Source: Blepharisma stoltei ATCC 30299 (Eukaryota; Protista; Ciliophora). Taken from it: a stretch of 64,000 bases of DNA. The position numbers and the translations under genes were made by a program. The notes below the pieces were generated by a model. The model did no database searches, had not been told where the DNA came from, and saw only the letters and a list, made by a program, of their open reading frames with translations. This document shows, one piece after another, positions 1 to 12,924 of the stretch. Each line of letters opens with the position of its first letter. Position 1 is the stretch's first letter. The stretch lies in contig CBFDEM010000005.1 in assembly GCA_965603825.1 (NCBI GenBank), forward strand, positions 496,001-560,000. The letters are read 5' to 3'.

Positions 1-316
1 AAAGAATTATTGCGTGAATTGTTAATTCTTCAGACTTATCTATTATTTAAATAAATTAAATATTAGCATAGAGCATAGCTTTAGCCACATATCAGAATCT
101 ACTTAAGTATATAATTTTCTATAAAGTTTTATATTATTGTTATTTCTGGAATAAGCAATAAAATAAGAAAAAGCTCGAGCAATCTGCAATTTAAATATAT
201 AAGGCTTCTAGCATTAAAACATAATTTAAGATGATATAAAATTGTCTTAGCATAATCAGTAATTTCAGCTCTTCAATATTAAGTATAATGTATTTGCCAG
301 AATGGTATAAAATTAT

Positions 317-2467
317 ATGGCTGAATCAGACGAAGAGTGATGGAAAGAAGAGTTCTTAGCGAACATTGAAAAATGCAAACAAATGGCAGTACTTTTAGTA
401 GTCATTGAAAATTCAATGAAATTTATATCTGCATTTATTATGGACAAATCTTTTATTTTTAGCTATACAAGTATTTTGATGACAATTGTCACTTTTTTAA
501 TAGCCTGCCACCTAAATAAAACAAATATAAAGTGCAATAACTTTAACGTGCTTTGTGCAATTGTATTCACTGAACTATTTAACTCAGCTCTATTTATAGT
601 TGGAAATAAATTTGACAAAGATTCAAAAAGTATTCTTTTTATGGAGTCGACACTAATTACAGTTTTATTTGAATCTTCTTTTATAAATTCGTTATTCTTT
701 GTCAACCTAGCCCTAATAAAGAATATCATGCTATGATATGGAGCCTCAATGCTGTTTGGAAGCGACGGGATAAGCTCTCTAATTCAAATAATTGCTTTTA
801 TAAGCTGCCTCACCATTCATACCACTAAAGAATATCAAGTAAGGAGAACAACCTTTGAGCGCTATTCTTATAGAAAAAAGCTAGAAAAATCTGAAAAGCG
901 GCTGGGAACTATATTAAATGTTATTCCTGACGGCTTAGCTATTTTTAGCTCGCAACTTGTTCCAGAATTAATAAACGAAAAAATGAAAGACTATTTAAAT
1001 TGCGATAATGAAAATTTTATTGAAAAATTGATTGGGCTAAGGTATGTAAAAAATAAGAAATTTCAAAATATTAATCCAGACTCTGACAGTTTAATTGAAG
1101 ATCTTAAATTATATAATAATTTGAACCTCAGTGGAGAATTGATATTGGGGATAGTTAAAGAAAGCGATCTCAGCTTACAATGAAAAATAAAAAGAATTAC
1201 GGTCGAAGATGAAGAAATTATCCTTGTTACAGCCTCTAACTCAGGACAGTTAATTGAGCTTGAACAGAGAGAAACAGAGGACAAGGTCAAAAAGTTTATG
1301 CTGAGAACTATTTCTCACGAGCTTCGAACTCCTATTTCTGCTATTATTTCTTTTGCAAATCAGATTTATGAGCAGACTGATGATTCTTCACAAGTCAGGA
1401 AAAATGTGCAACATATAAGAACATCTGCACGAATTCTGATGTATTTTATTAATGATATATTAGACTATATGCAATTAATGAAAGGAATGTTCAGTCTCAG
1501 ACAGCAAGAATTCAATATACGAGACAAAATTATTGAGTGTTGCGATTTATTTGAACTAACTGCATTACGCAAAGGAATCGAGTTGAAAACTCGGATAGAC
1601 CCTCAAATTCCTGAGATTATTTACAATGATCCTGAAAGGATATGCCAAGTTTTAATTAATTTTTTAAGTAACGCTACAAAGTAACCTTTATGCAGATTTA
1701 CCAACAAAGGGCGAATCGAAGTTTGTGTGACTTTATCAGAGGATGATAGGCTGAAATTTAGCATAAGCGACACTGGGATTGGGATACCAGAAGAAAGATT
1801 TAACCAAATTTTTAAGCTGTTTAATAGCTACGATACTGATGAGATGGCCAGTCATGGTAGTGGGCTGGGGCTGCACTTGTCAAGTCTTCTAGTCCGAGAA
1901 CTTGGAGGAGGCGATATTTATCTTCACTCAGTGCAGGGAAGAGGCACTGTTTTTTCCTTTAAAGTTAACTTCGCAGCAGAAACAAGACAGAGCTTTTCTG
2001 CTATTGACTGTTCAGAAGAAATACTTGAGCCTGTAATGAGGCTAAAAAGCTTTATCAGCTGTGAGTCATGCGAGTATCCACAAGTGTTGATAGTAGATGA
2101 TACTGATTGAAACAGAGAAATATTAGCTGCAGTATTAGATAAACTAAAAATACATTACTTAGAAGCCGTTAATGGCAAAAAAGCGCTCAAATTAGTGATG
2201 AAGCAAGATGCCAAAATGAATCCTTTTAAGCTTGTCTTCATGGACTGCAGCATGCCAGTAATGGATGGATGAGAGTCTACTAAAAGAATCAAGCAGCTTC
2301 ATGAAGAAGGCAAGCTAAGCCTGATACCTGCTATTGTCGGATATACTGCGTATACCTCAGAAAAAGATGTTATAATGTGCTATGAATCTGGAATGGTTTC
2401 TTATATTGCAAAACCTGCTTCCATAGATACAATACGTAGAGTATTAAGCCAATATCTAAGGCTCTAA
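317..2467 (+). CDS. Membrane-bound hybrid histidine kinase (TM region, HisKA, HATPase_c, receiver)
   Basis: ORF pieces 383/749/1298/1727 share one frame, joined by TGA=Trp and a 15-nt intron at 1681-1695. Motifs: H-box SHELRTP, N-box QVLINFLSNATKFT, DTGIGI, GSGLGL, receiver LIVDD and MDCSMPVMDG(W)E. Upstream in-frame ATG at 317; TAA at 2465-2467. Confidence 0.92.
1681..1695 (+). other. 15-nt spliceosomal intron GTAACCTTTATGCAG
   Basis: Removal restores the N-box NATKFT and removes an in-frame TAA. Confidence 0.92.
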
Positions 2468-2595
2468 TGCTTTGCAATAACTGATATAATTAAATCATTA
2501 TGCTAGTAATGATTGAAAATTAACATAATTTAGTTTGAGTAGCATTAGCTCATAATGTCTGCATAATAAACGCTTTCTATAATTAAAATAAAATT

Positions 2596-3429
2596 TTATA
2601 AGAGCGTTTTATTTTTTTCTTTGATCAGTTCCTCAATTTGAGCCCTCATTGCTTTTTTTTCTTCTTCAGCTCCAGCTAGCTTCAGTTTCAGCGCTTTATT
2701 TTCCTCTAATAATTTTTTCACTTGTCGATCTGAGCCAGAAAGTTTTGAAACCATTCTTTGGAGTCTTGCCACGCCATGCTTCAAAATAAAATTTTCGTTT
2801 ATAAGAGAATTGTTCTTAGCTTGCATTTCTTCTTCAAAGATTTTATTTCTTACTACCTCTTCTCTTATATCACTCTCATTTACTTTAGAAGCTTTTGAAA
2901 TTGGTTCTTCATTGTCTTCGTGGTTTAAATTAATTGACCTTTTTGCAGGGATTTCAATTAATGAATGATCTTCCACACTATTTCCTGATTTATTTTTGAG
3001 TATTAATGGATTAGATTTTTGTTTTTTATAGGTTGCATCAAGCTTGCTTTGAAAATATTTGATTTTTATATCTTTTATAAAGTTCTTCTGATATTTTTTG
3101 AATGCTTTTTCTTTAATAAAAAATTGTGAGTTTAGGCAATCCTCTTCGTTTAATGTAAAAATATCAGGGATATACTTAGCTTTTTGCTCTACATAATCCT
3201 GGCTAAGAGTTTTGATTTCTTCTTCACTATGACCTACACTAAGAAAATAATTTTTTAAATTTTCAGGCCCTTTAAGCAAAAAGACAAGCGCTTCATGTGG
3301 CTTTCTAAGCTTAAATGCGCTAATGATGCTATTTTCATCGAAGCCAAGCTCTTTATATCCGTTAATCCAATATTGATAGTCAAAGTCCATCACGTGAACT
3401 CAATACTTAAATATTATATGTATCCCCAT
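2596..3429 (-). CDS. Hypothetical protein (possible N-terminal UBA-like helix, C-terminal coiled coil)
   Basis: Open frame of 265+ aa. In-frame ATG at 3429 via TGA=Trp; alternative start at 3390. ELGFDENSIISAF resembles a UBA-like motif. Confidence 0.6.
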
Positions 3430-3452
3430 TTTGCGTATTTACTTAAGTTTAA

Positions 3453-6272
3453 TTAACTACTTGATTTTGCTAAGATCTGATTTGTCTCAATTTCCCCAGT
3501 AATGATCATTTTCATAGACTGCTGGCTTTGGTTAAAAGCTGCTTTTCTTTCGTTTTCTTGTGAATTCTGTAGGATATAGCAGTTATTTAAAAGCTCAATA
3601 TACTCGTCTGACCTTAGTTGGCTAATTGTTGTTCTCAAATTTTGGATGAAGAGCTCTTCTTTTTGTGTAACTTTCATAAAATTCATGATAACCAAGTGCA
3701 ATTTTGCAATTTCACCAGAAATTTGTGAGGTCTCAGGGCTTTTCACATTCAGGCTACTTCTTAACAGTGAGCAGCTGACTTGATATCCTACAGAAATAAT
3801 ATCACTTGAATAAGCATGACCAGGGCCTAACTTTTCTATCAGCTTTGAGAGGATCATAATCGCTACCTTCACAGTGCTTCCCTCTATAATATTGCAACCA
3901 ATTTCTCCTATATACCTTATGAAATCCCCAAAGTCTTCTGCATTGAGAAACTCCACATCTTTACTGATAAAAACTTCGATCATTTTTACAAATGACCTTC
4001 TAATAGAAATAGCTTGCTGAGAAATATCACTGATAGTTTCTACTGGCTTTGGGACTTGCGTGATCATCATTTTTACAATGGAAAAAGTGATCGATGGAGA
4101 AATAGTGGAATTTGCATTGGTTTTGTATTTCTGACAGACTTGAGTGATAAGCTAAATAAAAATTACATTGAAGACACTTTCAATATTATCGAGTGTAGAA
4201 TTGGATATCAAATAGCTGATAAGTTCTTTTATATAAGGACTTGAGTCATCTTCCATCGTTTCCACAAGCTTTTGGGCAAAATATACAAGAGATTTGTGGA
4301 GCTCTGGGGATAGTTGTGTAGAAAGCATAGACCCAACTACTTTTTGAGCTAGCTGGGAAATTTTTATTTGGACTTCAACAGGGACTTTGCGGCCAAATCC
4401 TGATAAGACTTCTCCGATATAAAGTAAAGCATTTGGAGTTATTTGTTGGCCAAGAAGATTTATAACTGATTCCAGGCATGATTCTTGTGTAGCTAAATCA
4501 TTAGATCTGCAGCCAATGATTAACCCGATAGCTTTGTAAAGATTTTTTTCAGATTCCCCATCGATATTTCCTTGCTTAATTCTGTTCAGTATTACTTCTA
4601 ATACTGGTCTTGAATAAGGAACAATTGCTGCTGGGATTTTTAAAGCAAGTCTTGAAAACATGTAAATTGCATGCTTAGAGACGTCAGCGTCTTGGTTTGA
4701 CATATTCCTAATCATTGGCTCCAAAAGGTTTTCAATAAGCTGCTTATGCTCATTTCTGCTGAAAAATGTCCCATATCTAACTCCAATCTCAAAATATTGC
4801 CTTAATATGATTTTATGGTTCGACGCTTTTAAGTTTGACTGCAAAATTGCTCTCATTAAAAATGAATATTTTGTATCAGTCGTCAACAGCGTGCTTAAAT
4901 CTGTCAAACTTTCTCCTAAATGGAAAAACAAAAATAAAGGCACCTCTAGCTGCTCTACTGTGAAATTTTGAATATTTCCCAAAATATCATTAAATGAAGA
5001 TATCAAATAGTCTACCACTGGCTCCTTCGTGGACTCAACTTGCAGAAGTTTTTTAAATAAATCTGCTAGTTCTTTTCTGTACTTATAAAATTGGTCTTCT
5101 TCATCTGAGTTTTCAGGGCCTACATGCTCAAAATCTGAAGGAAATTGGCATCTCTTGATGAGAGTCATACAGATTAAGCTGATATTATTTTTTTCTTGGT
5201 CTGTCAGAAGCACAGGTGGTTGCTGATATTCTTTGCTTTTTAAGTAATGAATGTATTTGCCAATAAACCCAATCACAATTTTTGAAATATTTGTGTCAGC
5301 AGAGTCTAGACACTTTAAAGCCATCTCAAGCACTATTTGGATGTGGCCTAGAACTTCTGCGTCAATTAGATTTGAGCCTAAAGTATCAATTAAGCTAGAA
5401 ACAGCTTTTGGGACGTCAGAAAGCATATCAAAATTATCCAAATTTATACCTTGTAGAAATGGAATTAAGCCGATTTGATCAATTATTTCCAGCTTCTTTT
5501 TTGGATCCATTCGCTTGGCTACTACACTCTCTAAGCAGTTGATAGCTGGGATTTGGCAGGCTTCATTGGAGACGTACTTTATCATGAATGGTATAAAAGT
5601 AAATGTGATTTCAATAGGAATCCAGTCTATATATGGAGAAATCACTTGGAAAGTAGCCGCTATTAATTGGAGGTTTTCTGATTGTAAGGTTTGTAGCCAT
5701 AAAGTAGCTGCTGGGCTAAGGACGCTCTCTCTCATGGCATCTTTAAGCTCGTTAGATCTTCTGAGCTGTTCTTGCGTCAAATATCCTAATTCCTCAGCGA
5801 ATTCTTCATTGAATAATTTTAAGACTGTAAATAAAAGCTTCATATAAGAATCCCTTCTAGGAGCTCTTTCAATCAAAATGCTAAAAGCGTCTTGCCAAAT
5901 ATATGGGAAATCGTTTTGGACTGCTCTTACATAAAGTAAGGCAAATTTATTAAGGATACTATAATGAAGCTCAAGGAGGCTAGGCTTATTATCGATAACC
6001 ATGACAAAAAATCTGTGGATAGCATCACGGCTAGCCTGATCGTAGGTAATGTAGTTTTTCCTAAACATGTCTTCTATAGCCTGCAAATATCAGAAAATTA
6101 AAGTTAAGGAATTGGGATGATCAAGATTGATATCCAAAACCATCTGTAGCGCATATTGGTAAAATGAAGGATCAGCCTTTGTGGACTCTGTTAAATTGAG
6201 AGCTTGCTGCTTGAGATGCTGAGGCAAGCTCGGATCATATAAGGTCAAAATGGCCTGCTCAAGATTTGACAT
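3453..6272 (-). CDS. XPOT: Exportin-T / Los1-like tRNA export receptor (importin-beta family)
   Basis: Three ORF pieces in one frame, joined by TGA at 6090 and an intron at 4152-4166. LEQAILTLYDP start, P.IW..AF, NELKDAMRE, YIDWI and YFEIGVRY match exportin-T. Confidence 0.8.
4152..4166 (-). other. 15-nt intron GTAATTTTTATTTAG
   Basis: Phase-0 intron ending in an in-frame TAG; removal fuses the exportin pieces. Confidence 0.9.
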
Positions 6273-6687
6273 ATTATCAAACTTATATATGAAAAGTAAT
6301 TATGGGGCTTGTGATCTTCTGAGGGCTATGACAAACAGATGAAAATTAATTTGAAAAAAATAAGCTAAATTTAGCTGAAAATGCTAATGGACAAAGAAAA
6401 TCAATGACTGAAGAGCAAGTTTGTGGCTGATAATTTACTAGGAATCATTATGATATGTAAGAATAACAGAAGGATAAGACATTAATTACTATTTAGTAAG
6501 ACATCATCCAAACTCTTTAGGTAGCCTTGCCTATATTTATATTGTTTGAAATATAATTTTCATCTTTTGCAAATAAACACTTAAACAAGCTGGATTTCTC
6601 ATAAATTCATGACTTTTTTATAATTATCATTTATATGGTAAATTTATTAAAAATCAAGTAAAATGATAAGCATTTTATGAGTTTATA

Positions 6688-7752
6688 ATGTCAGAGCGAA
6701 GTGAAATAATAACCGAAAGTGACTCTAGTAAGCTTAAAGAGGTGAAATCCTCTCGAGCAGCTTTATCAAGGCACTCAAAAAGCCGGAGTATGATAAACAT
6801 CCGGCCAAAGACTGCAAAAATTTCATCAAAAGAAGAGATCCCATCCCTTAACCTTAAGGCTAGTCCTCAAGAATCCAATTCTGTGTCACAAAGTCGCCCT
6901 ATATCTTCTTATCAGCACCGTGCTTCTTCATTGCCACTAGCTGATGAACAAAGCCCTAAGTCAGTTAAATGTCGATTATCTGAAGACGATATCCCAATTA
7001 TTTCAGAGGCAGATCATAAGCTAGGAAATTGTTATTGCCACTATTGCACCTGCAAAAAGCATATATGCCCTGAGGATTATAGACGTGGTATGGCAGTATC
7101 TTCTATGTATTCATCAATTTATAAGCATGACTATATAAAAAAATTTGCTCCGAAATCATACCCGCTATACAATATGTCAAACTATATGTCTAGGTCAGGA
7201 AAAATTGATTTTATGACAATAAATAGGCAGGATTATAAGCCTTTTCACCGCAGTATCACCAAAGGATCAAGGTCTGACAAAGAGTTAATCAAGCCAGTAA
7301 AATTCGTGGCCAGTACATCGTATGCCAATGAATTCCCTAACTGGGGAGCTGTAGAATTTATCCATATGAAAAAAGTTTATTCGCCATATGAAGAAAGCTC
7401 TACTAAGCTTTCCAATATAACAACATATTCTGAAGCATTTTGCAAAAAACCACAAGAAAACTCAACTAGTGTAGTTACAGATTCTACAGTTTCTTCAATA
7501 AAAACAGCAAGCAACTTCAATCCTGTCACCTCAAGCAAAGTATTTTTAGGTGAAACTACATGCATGAGAGACTATAAGCCAACCAAAAAGCATAATTATG
7601 CTACACATGTCAAGGCAAGTTCTCAAGACAATATCTCGGTAGTTTCTTCAGCTTCAAGGTTTATAACCAATTATGGAGCAGAATTTGTGCCAAAAGAAAT
7701 TCCGAAGCGCCTTATAAAGAAAAAAGAATTTTTGTGGAAGGCTTATAGATAA
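6688..7752 (+). CDS. SAXO/STOP-like microtubule-stabilising protein
   Basis: CYCHYCTCKKHICP motif followed by repeated (S/T)xY/xxxDY/F modules (SIYKHDY, TINRQDYKP, TSYANEFPNW, TTYSEAF, TTCMRDYKP). Confidence 0.65.
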   Translation: MSERSEIITESDSSKLKEVKSSRAALSRHSKSRSMINIRPKTAKISSKEEIPSLNLKASPQESNSVSQSRPISSYQHRASSLPLADEQSPKSVKCRLSEDDIPIISEADHKLGNCYCHYCTCKKHICPEDYRRGMAVSSMYSSIYKHDYIKKFAPKSYPLYNMSNYMSRSGKIDFMTINRQDYKPFHRSITKGSRSDKELIKPVKFVASTSYANEFPNWGAVEFIHMKKVYSPYEESSTKLSNITTYSEAFCKKPQENSTSVVTDSTVSSIKTASNFNPVTSSKVFLGETTCMRDYKPTKKHNYATHVKASSQDNISVVSSASRFITNYGAEFVPKEIPKRLIKKKEFLWKAYR

Positions 7753-7887
7753 TTCTTTTAAAAATTCTGTTTAATATTTAATAGCTTCTTTTACTGTCAA
7801 ATAATGATTCTTTTGCCATACTCCATGAGAAAGCCTTTTTTGATTTATATATTTTAAGCTTGGAAAACCCATAATTTTGGCTTATAA

Positions 7888-8289
7888 ATGGGAAATCTAA
7901 CGATATATCTTGGCGCACTTCTTTTTTGTCTTTTAGCGCTAATCTACACTTTCGATATTTCCTCAACGCTTTCAACCAGCTACTCTACTGTACAAGCCAT
8001 TCAAAAATCCCCCACAACTCGAACATTTTTAGGGATCTTTCTAGTATCTCTCTGCATCTTCTTCATTTATTCTTTCATTTCTAAGCCGCAATCCAAAAGA
8101 TCTTCTAAAGTCTATGCTCAGCGTATTAATCCTCACGATTATCAAAACCAAGCCTCAGAATATACTAAAGAAAAGCTGAATGAGCTTTACTCAAGCCCAG
8201 AATTCCAAACCTTTATGGCACAGAAAAGAAACGCTAGGCCATCAGAAGAGCCTCTTTATGAATTATCAGATGACGAGCTTTCAGATTAA
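7888..8289 (+). CDS. Small membrane protein, two hydrophobic segments
   Basis: 133-aa ORF with two TM-like stretches and an acidic tail. Confidence 0.65.
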   Translation: MGNLTIYLGALLFCLLALIYTFDISSTLSTSYSTVQAIQKSPTTRTFLGIFLVSLCIFFIYSFISKPQSKRSSKVYAQRINPHDYQNQASEYTKEKLNELYSSPEFQTFMAQKRNARPSEEPLYELSDDELSD

Positions 8290-8372
8290 TAATGTAAATC
8301 CTAAACACTTTTCTTATGTAAATTCAATATTTATTAAAAGACTCCAAAGCAATACACCATTGATTGATATAA

Positions 8373-9896
8373 ATGGTAGACGTAAAGACAGCTGCTGCTA
8401 TCAATGCCCAAGCAGCCTTAAGAAACTACTTAGTAGAGCCTGTTATTGATTATCGCACTGTCATCGGTGTTGAAGGTCCTCTAGTCATTCTAGACAATGT
8501 AAAGTTCCCAAAATACGCAGAAATCGTCAACGTTCACCTTGGAGACGGCTCAACTAGGCGTGGTCAAGTCTTGGAAATCGCAGGAAAGCGTGCTGTCGTG
8601 CAGATTTTTGAAGGCACCTCAGGAATTGACACCGTTAACACTAAATGTGAGTTCACTGGCGATACTATGAGAATGCCTATAAGTGAAGAGATGCTTGGAA
8701 GAGCATTCAACGGCTCAGGAAACCCTATTGATAAAGGTCCAAGAGTGCTAGCTGAAGAAATGATCAATATTCAAGGCCAACCTATCAATCCTTTTATGAG
8801 AACCTACCCTAAAGAAATGATTCAGACAGGGATTTCAGCTATCGACGTTATGAACTCTATTGCAAGAGGCCAAAAAATCCCTCTTTTTTCAGCAGCTGGT
8901 TTGCCTCACAATGAAATTGGTGCTCAAATTTGTCGTCAAGCTTCTTTAGTAAAAGGCAAAGACACCCAAGATCACTCCAAAGAAAACTTTTGTATTGTCT
9001 TCGCAGCCATGGGTGTGAACACAGAAACTGCTAGATTTTTCAGAACTGATTTCGAAGAAAATGGATCTATGGAAAGAGTCGCTTTGTTTATGAACCACGC
9101 TTATGATCCTACAATCGAAAGAATTATTACTCCTAGACTTGCTTTAACAACTGCTGAATACCTCGCCTATGAAAGAGAGCTCCATGTGCTGGTCATTATG
9201 ACTGATATGAGCTCTTATGCTGATGCCCTAAGAGAAATTTCTGCTGCCAGAGAAGAAGTGCCTGGCAGAAGAGGATACCCTGGGTACATGTACACTGATC
9301 TTTCCACTATCTATGAAAGAGCAGGAAGAGTAGAAGGCAAAAATGGCTCAATTACCCAGTTCCCTATTTTGACTATGCCTAATGATGATATCACGCATCC
9401 TATCCCTGATTTGACAGGGTATATTACAGAAGGACAGATTTTCATTGATAGGCAGTTGAATAATAGGCAAATTTATCCTCCAATTAATGTGCTGCCTAGT
9501 CTTTCACGTTTAATGAAAAGTGCTATTGGGAAAGGAATGACAAGAGAAGATCACCCTGATGTCTCAAATCAGCTTTATGCAAATTATGCTATTGGAAAAG
9601 ATATTCAAGCAATGAAAGCAGTCGTAGGTGAGGAAGCGCTGACAAGCGAAGATTTACTTTATTTAGAATTCTTAGAAAAATTCGAAGGCAGATTCTTGAC
9701 TCAGTCTATCAATGAAAACAGACACATTGAGGACAGCTTAGACATTGCATGGAGTTTATTAAGAATTTTCCCTATCAATAGCTTAAAGAAGATTACAAAT
9801 GAAGAAATGAGAAACAAGTATTACTCAAGAGAACACCACTTTGAAAGAGTTCGCCAAGAAGCTGAAGACTTAAAGAAAAGAGTGAAAGGCGATTAA
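8373..9896 (+). CDS. VMA2: V-type H+-ATPase subunit B
   Basis: [46 protein letters not shown] and [16 protein letters not shown] motifs. Confidence 0.98.
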   Translation: MVDVKTAAAINAQAALRNYLVEPVIDYRTVIGVEGPLVILDNVKFPKYAEIVNVHLGDGSTRRGQVLEIAGKRAVVQIFEGTSGIDTVNTKCEFTGDTMRMPISEEMLGRAFNGSGNPIDKGPRVLAEEMINIQGQPINPFMRTYPKEMIQTGISAIDVMNSIARGQKIPLFSAAGLPHNEIGAQICRQASLVKGKDTQDHSKENFCIVFAAMGVNTETARFFRTDFEENGSMERVALFMNHAYDPTIERIITPRLALTTAEYLAYERELHVLVIMTDMSSYADALREISAAREEVPGRRGYPGYMYTDLSTIYERAGRVEGKNGSITQFPILTMPNDDITHPIPDLTGYITEGQIFIDRQLNNRQIYPPINVLPSLSRLMKSAIGKGMTREDHPDVSNQLYANYAIGKDIQAMKAVVGEEALTSEDLLYLEFLEKFEGRFLTQSINENRHIEDSLDIAWSLLRIFPINSLKKITNEEMRNKYYSREHHFERVRQEAEDLKKRVKGD

Positions 9897-10336
9897 ATCA
9901 TAATTCAAAATTAAATCAAAATCTTCATTATAAAATTAGATTTTTATTTATCAATAATCCATTGATGCATTACTAGGTGAATACTTCAACGAAAGCCAAT
10001 GGCAGCTTGAATTTGAAAACTCCTTTCTACATTATCGAAAAGAAACACTGGCCTATAGAGTGGCTATTCAGCTGCATTAATAAGTTTGGAGCTGAACTTA
10101 TCACTGATATGCTTACTGCGATATAATTTTAGAATCTTATAGCAACTGTGTGAAAACCATCAATGGTTCCATTAAACCAAGAAATATTTCCCAGAAGATT
10201 TTGAGCATGGAAAGGAATGAAATATCATAAAGGATTTGGAGACTTGGCTTATATAACCTCAGAAGATATCTAAGAGCTAATAAAAAAAGGTTTTATCAAA
10301 TGCAGCTGCTTAAATTAAAATTAAATTTAATAAAAT

Positions 10337-10522
10337 ATGGGCTGCACTGTAAGCTTGACTTTACAAATCCAAAATACCCAGAAGAAAAAGGCTAATCGTT
10401 ATATCAAGCTTAATCCTGTTATACAAAATAAGCTATATCACTCTAGGATCAAAAGAAAAATAGAAAAATGTTTAAACGCAGGTAACACAGAGAATACAGA
10501 AAATATTGTTTTAAATAGTTAA
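10337..10522 (+). CDS. Small basic protein with N-terminal MGC acylation motif (paralog 1)
   Basis: 61-aa ORF similar to the ORF at 10911 (MGC...RYIxL...NxL...R). Confidence 0.45.
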   Translation: MGCTVSLTLQIQNTQKKKANRYIKLNPVIQNKLYHSRIKRKIEKCLNAGNTENTENIVLNS

Positions 10523-10910
10523 ATAATTGAGATTTTAGCATAAAAAATAATGCATAAAAATTTTCTCCTAGACTATTGAAATTTAAATCTTTTTTATTTA
10601 AAAATAAATCAAATAAAAATGAATTTGTCGGAAATAGGCCTTATTTAATGTTATTGTAAACTTGTAAATTCTATGAATTAGAAATTAAATTATTAATTTA
10701 GGAGGTTTTATGAGGAGATTTTGATAAAAGAACTTAATTTTTTCCTCTCTTGCAATATAAATAACTTATTTTAGGCATATGCAAGTCTTTTCTTAAAATG
10801 GAATGAAATTCAAATTAAGATTTTTAATTATAATAAAATAATTGTCTTTTCCTAACAAAATTAATAAATCTTTTCAAAATAATTGTTATCCATTTACAGT
10901 AAAATTAATA

Positions 10911-11129
10911 ATGGGTTGTCTATTAAGTGTGCAAGTCAGCAGCAAGACATTTCAAAAAAGTCGATATATTGAGCTTGATCATCCTGAAAAAAATTCCTTA
11001 TTCGTCACTAGACTGCAAGCAAAGAGATGTTCAAATAATTTCCGATCTAATAAAAAGCTCGACCAGCACAGTATTGAACGAAAACTCACAGCCAGTCATC
11101 TGGATTCATCAGCAACAGAAATATCTTAA
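10911..11129 (+). CDS. Small basic protein with N-terminal MGC acylation motif (paralog 2)
   Basis: ATG at 10911 gives MGCLLSVQ...RYIELDHPEKNSLFVTRL, resembling the ORF at 10337. Confidence 0.5.
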   Translation: MGCLLSVQVSSKTFQKSRYIELDHPEKNSLFVTRLQAKRCSNNFRSNKKLDQHSIERKLTASHLDSSATEIS

Positions 11130-11196
11130 ATTTTTATTTTAATTCAATTTTTGCATAATTTTTCATTAGAAAGAATTTTCGAGGCATTTTTAAAAT

Positions 11197-12924
11197 ATGG
11201 AGGATTACCCTTATAAGCCTACTCGAAAAATGCTTGAATCTTATCTTGACAAACTAGAATCGCCAGCAACAGATTGTGAATCCCCAGCTGGAAGATTTAA
11301 ATCTAAAGAAGTTTCAATTACAAATTCTGATGAAAATCCATTTAGTTTCTCTTTTAATGGCAAAGAGAAACTTTCAGAAGCAACTATAAGAGAAAATAAA
11401 CGAAAATATCAGTTTGGCTTAAACCTGCTACAGTGTTATTTTCAGCGAAAAGTCAAAGCTACATTTAAAATTATAAAACATTATACCCCTGTAATATTGG
11501 AGCCAAAAGAAAGATTATTAAAGAAAATTATTACAAAGGCAAAGCGAAAAAGTTTAAAGCACTTTTATAATCAATGGCGCATGAATTCAATAAAGGTGAC
11601 CTCCCAAACCCAAATAAATTCAGCACTTATGATGGTCAATAAAGTGAATTCTTTTTCTAGACAATATATTGCTTTCTCAATCCTTCACAGCTTATTTTCC
11701 AAACATTTCTCGATTTTTGCACAAAAATTTCTAGACAATGCTTCAAACGATCTAAAAGCTAGCTCAAAACTACCAAATTTCGGCATAAATAAAAGCATCG
11801 AAGGACTTCCAAAAGACTTTTCCCTTCTTCCTGTAGAATTCAGACTTAAATCTTTTACAAATGGATATACAAGACTTATCACTTTCTTCGAGAAGAAGCA
11901 AATTCTTAATAAGAAACTATCATGAACTGCTTTATCTAGCCCAGCTTTCTTTTTGAAGCAGACAGATAGATATATAGAATTAACTGAGCAAATCTTTCAA
12001 GCTAAAGAAGCTAAAGAAAAAGCTGAATTTGAAAAAGAAGAACTTGCTGCTCTTCTAGAATCTAAAAACGAAGAGCTGAATAGCCTTTTAGACATGCTCG
12101 AGCACCAAAAGTCCTGGGAATCAAAGCTAAAAAATGTTGAAAAAGAAACCCTTGAGGAGTCAAAACTACTAAAAAATCAGCTAATAAAACAACAATCTGA
12201 AATTGAAAAAATCAATAAAGAGCTAATTTCATGCATAGAAGACAAAAAAAGGACTGAAGAAGAATGCTTACGAGCTTATCGACTTTTAGAATCCGCTCAA
12301 AAACAAATAAATGATCTCCAAAGCAAAGATGAAAAAAAATTAAATCCAATCAAAGAAGAATGTGAAACATGCTCAGAATTAGAAACTGTTAAAGCTGAAC
12401 TCGAAGAATATAAGAAAAAATGCGGGGAGCTCGAAGAACTAAGTTTATCTGCATATGATCAAATTAACAGCATGCAAGAAGAAATAAATAAGCTGAAGCC
12501 AAAACCAAAAGGAGCTACCCAGAAAAAGACGATAACCAAAAAAAGTATCGATATGGAAAAGCCTCTTGGAGAGCAAGAAAACCAATTCGCTATCGAGGTG
12601 GTTAACCTAACAAGGCAGCTTAATAAGCTAAAACATGAAAGTCGAGCTCAAGGCGAAGCCTTGAGAAAAACCACCTTGGAAAGGGATGAGCTGAAAAAGC
12701 TAATCCAAGGCAAAAATGAAGCTTTAGACAGGCTCAGGAAAGAAAATGACCAGCTTTGCCTATGCTTATCAGGGGATCACTACAAATCAGTTCATAAGCT
12801 TGAAACTCAGCTTTCACAGACTGAGTCCAAATATAAAGAAATTTCAAATGAATTAAAAATCCAGTGCCAAAAAAACGGAGAACTTCAAGCAGAAATTGAA
12901 ATATTAAAGAAAAATATAAGTTAA
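11197..12924 (+). CDS. Long coiled-coil protein, function unknown
   Basis: Two ORFs in one frame joined by TGA at 11923-11925; E/K/L-rich heptads in the C-terminal half. Confidence 0.8.
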
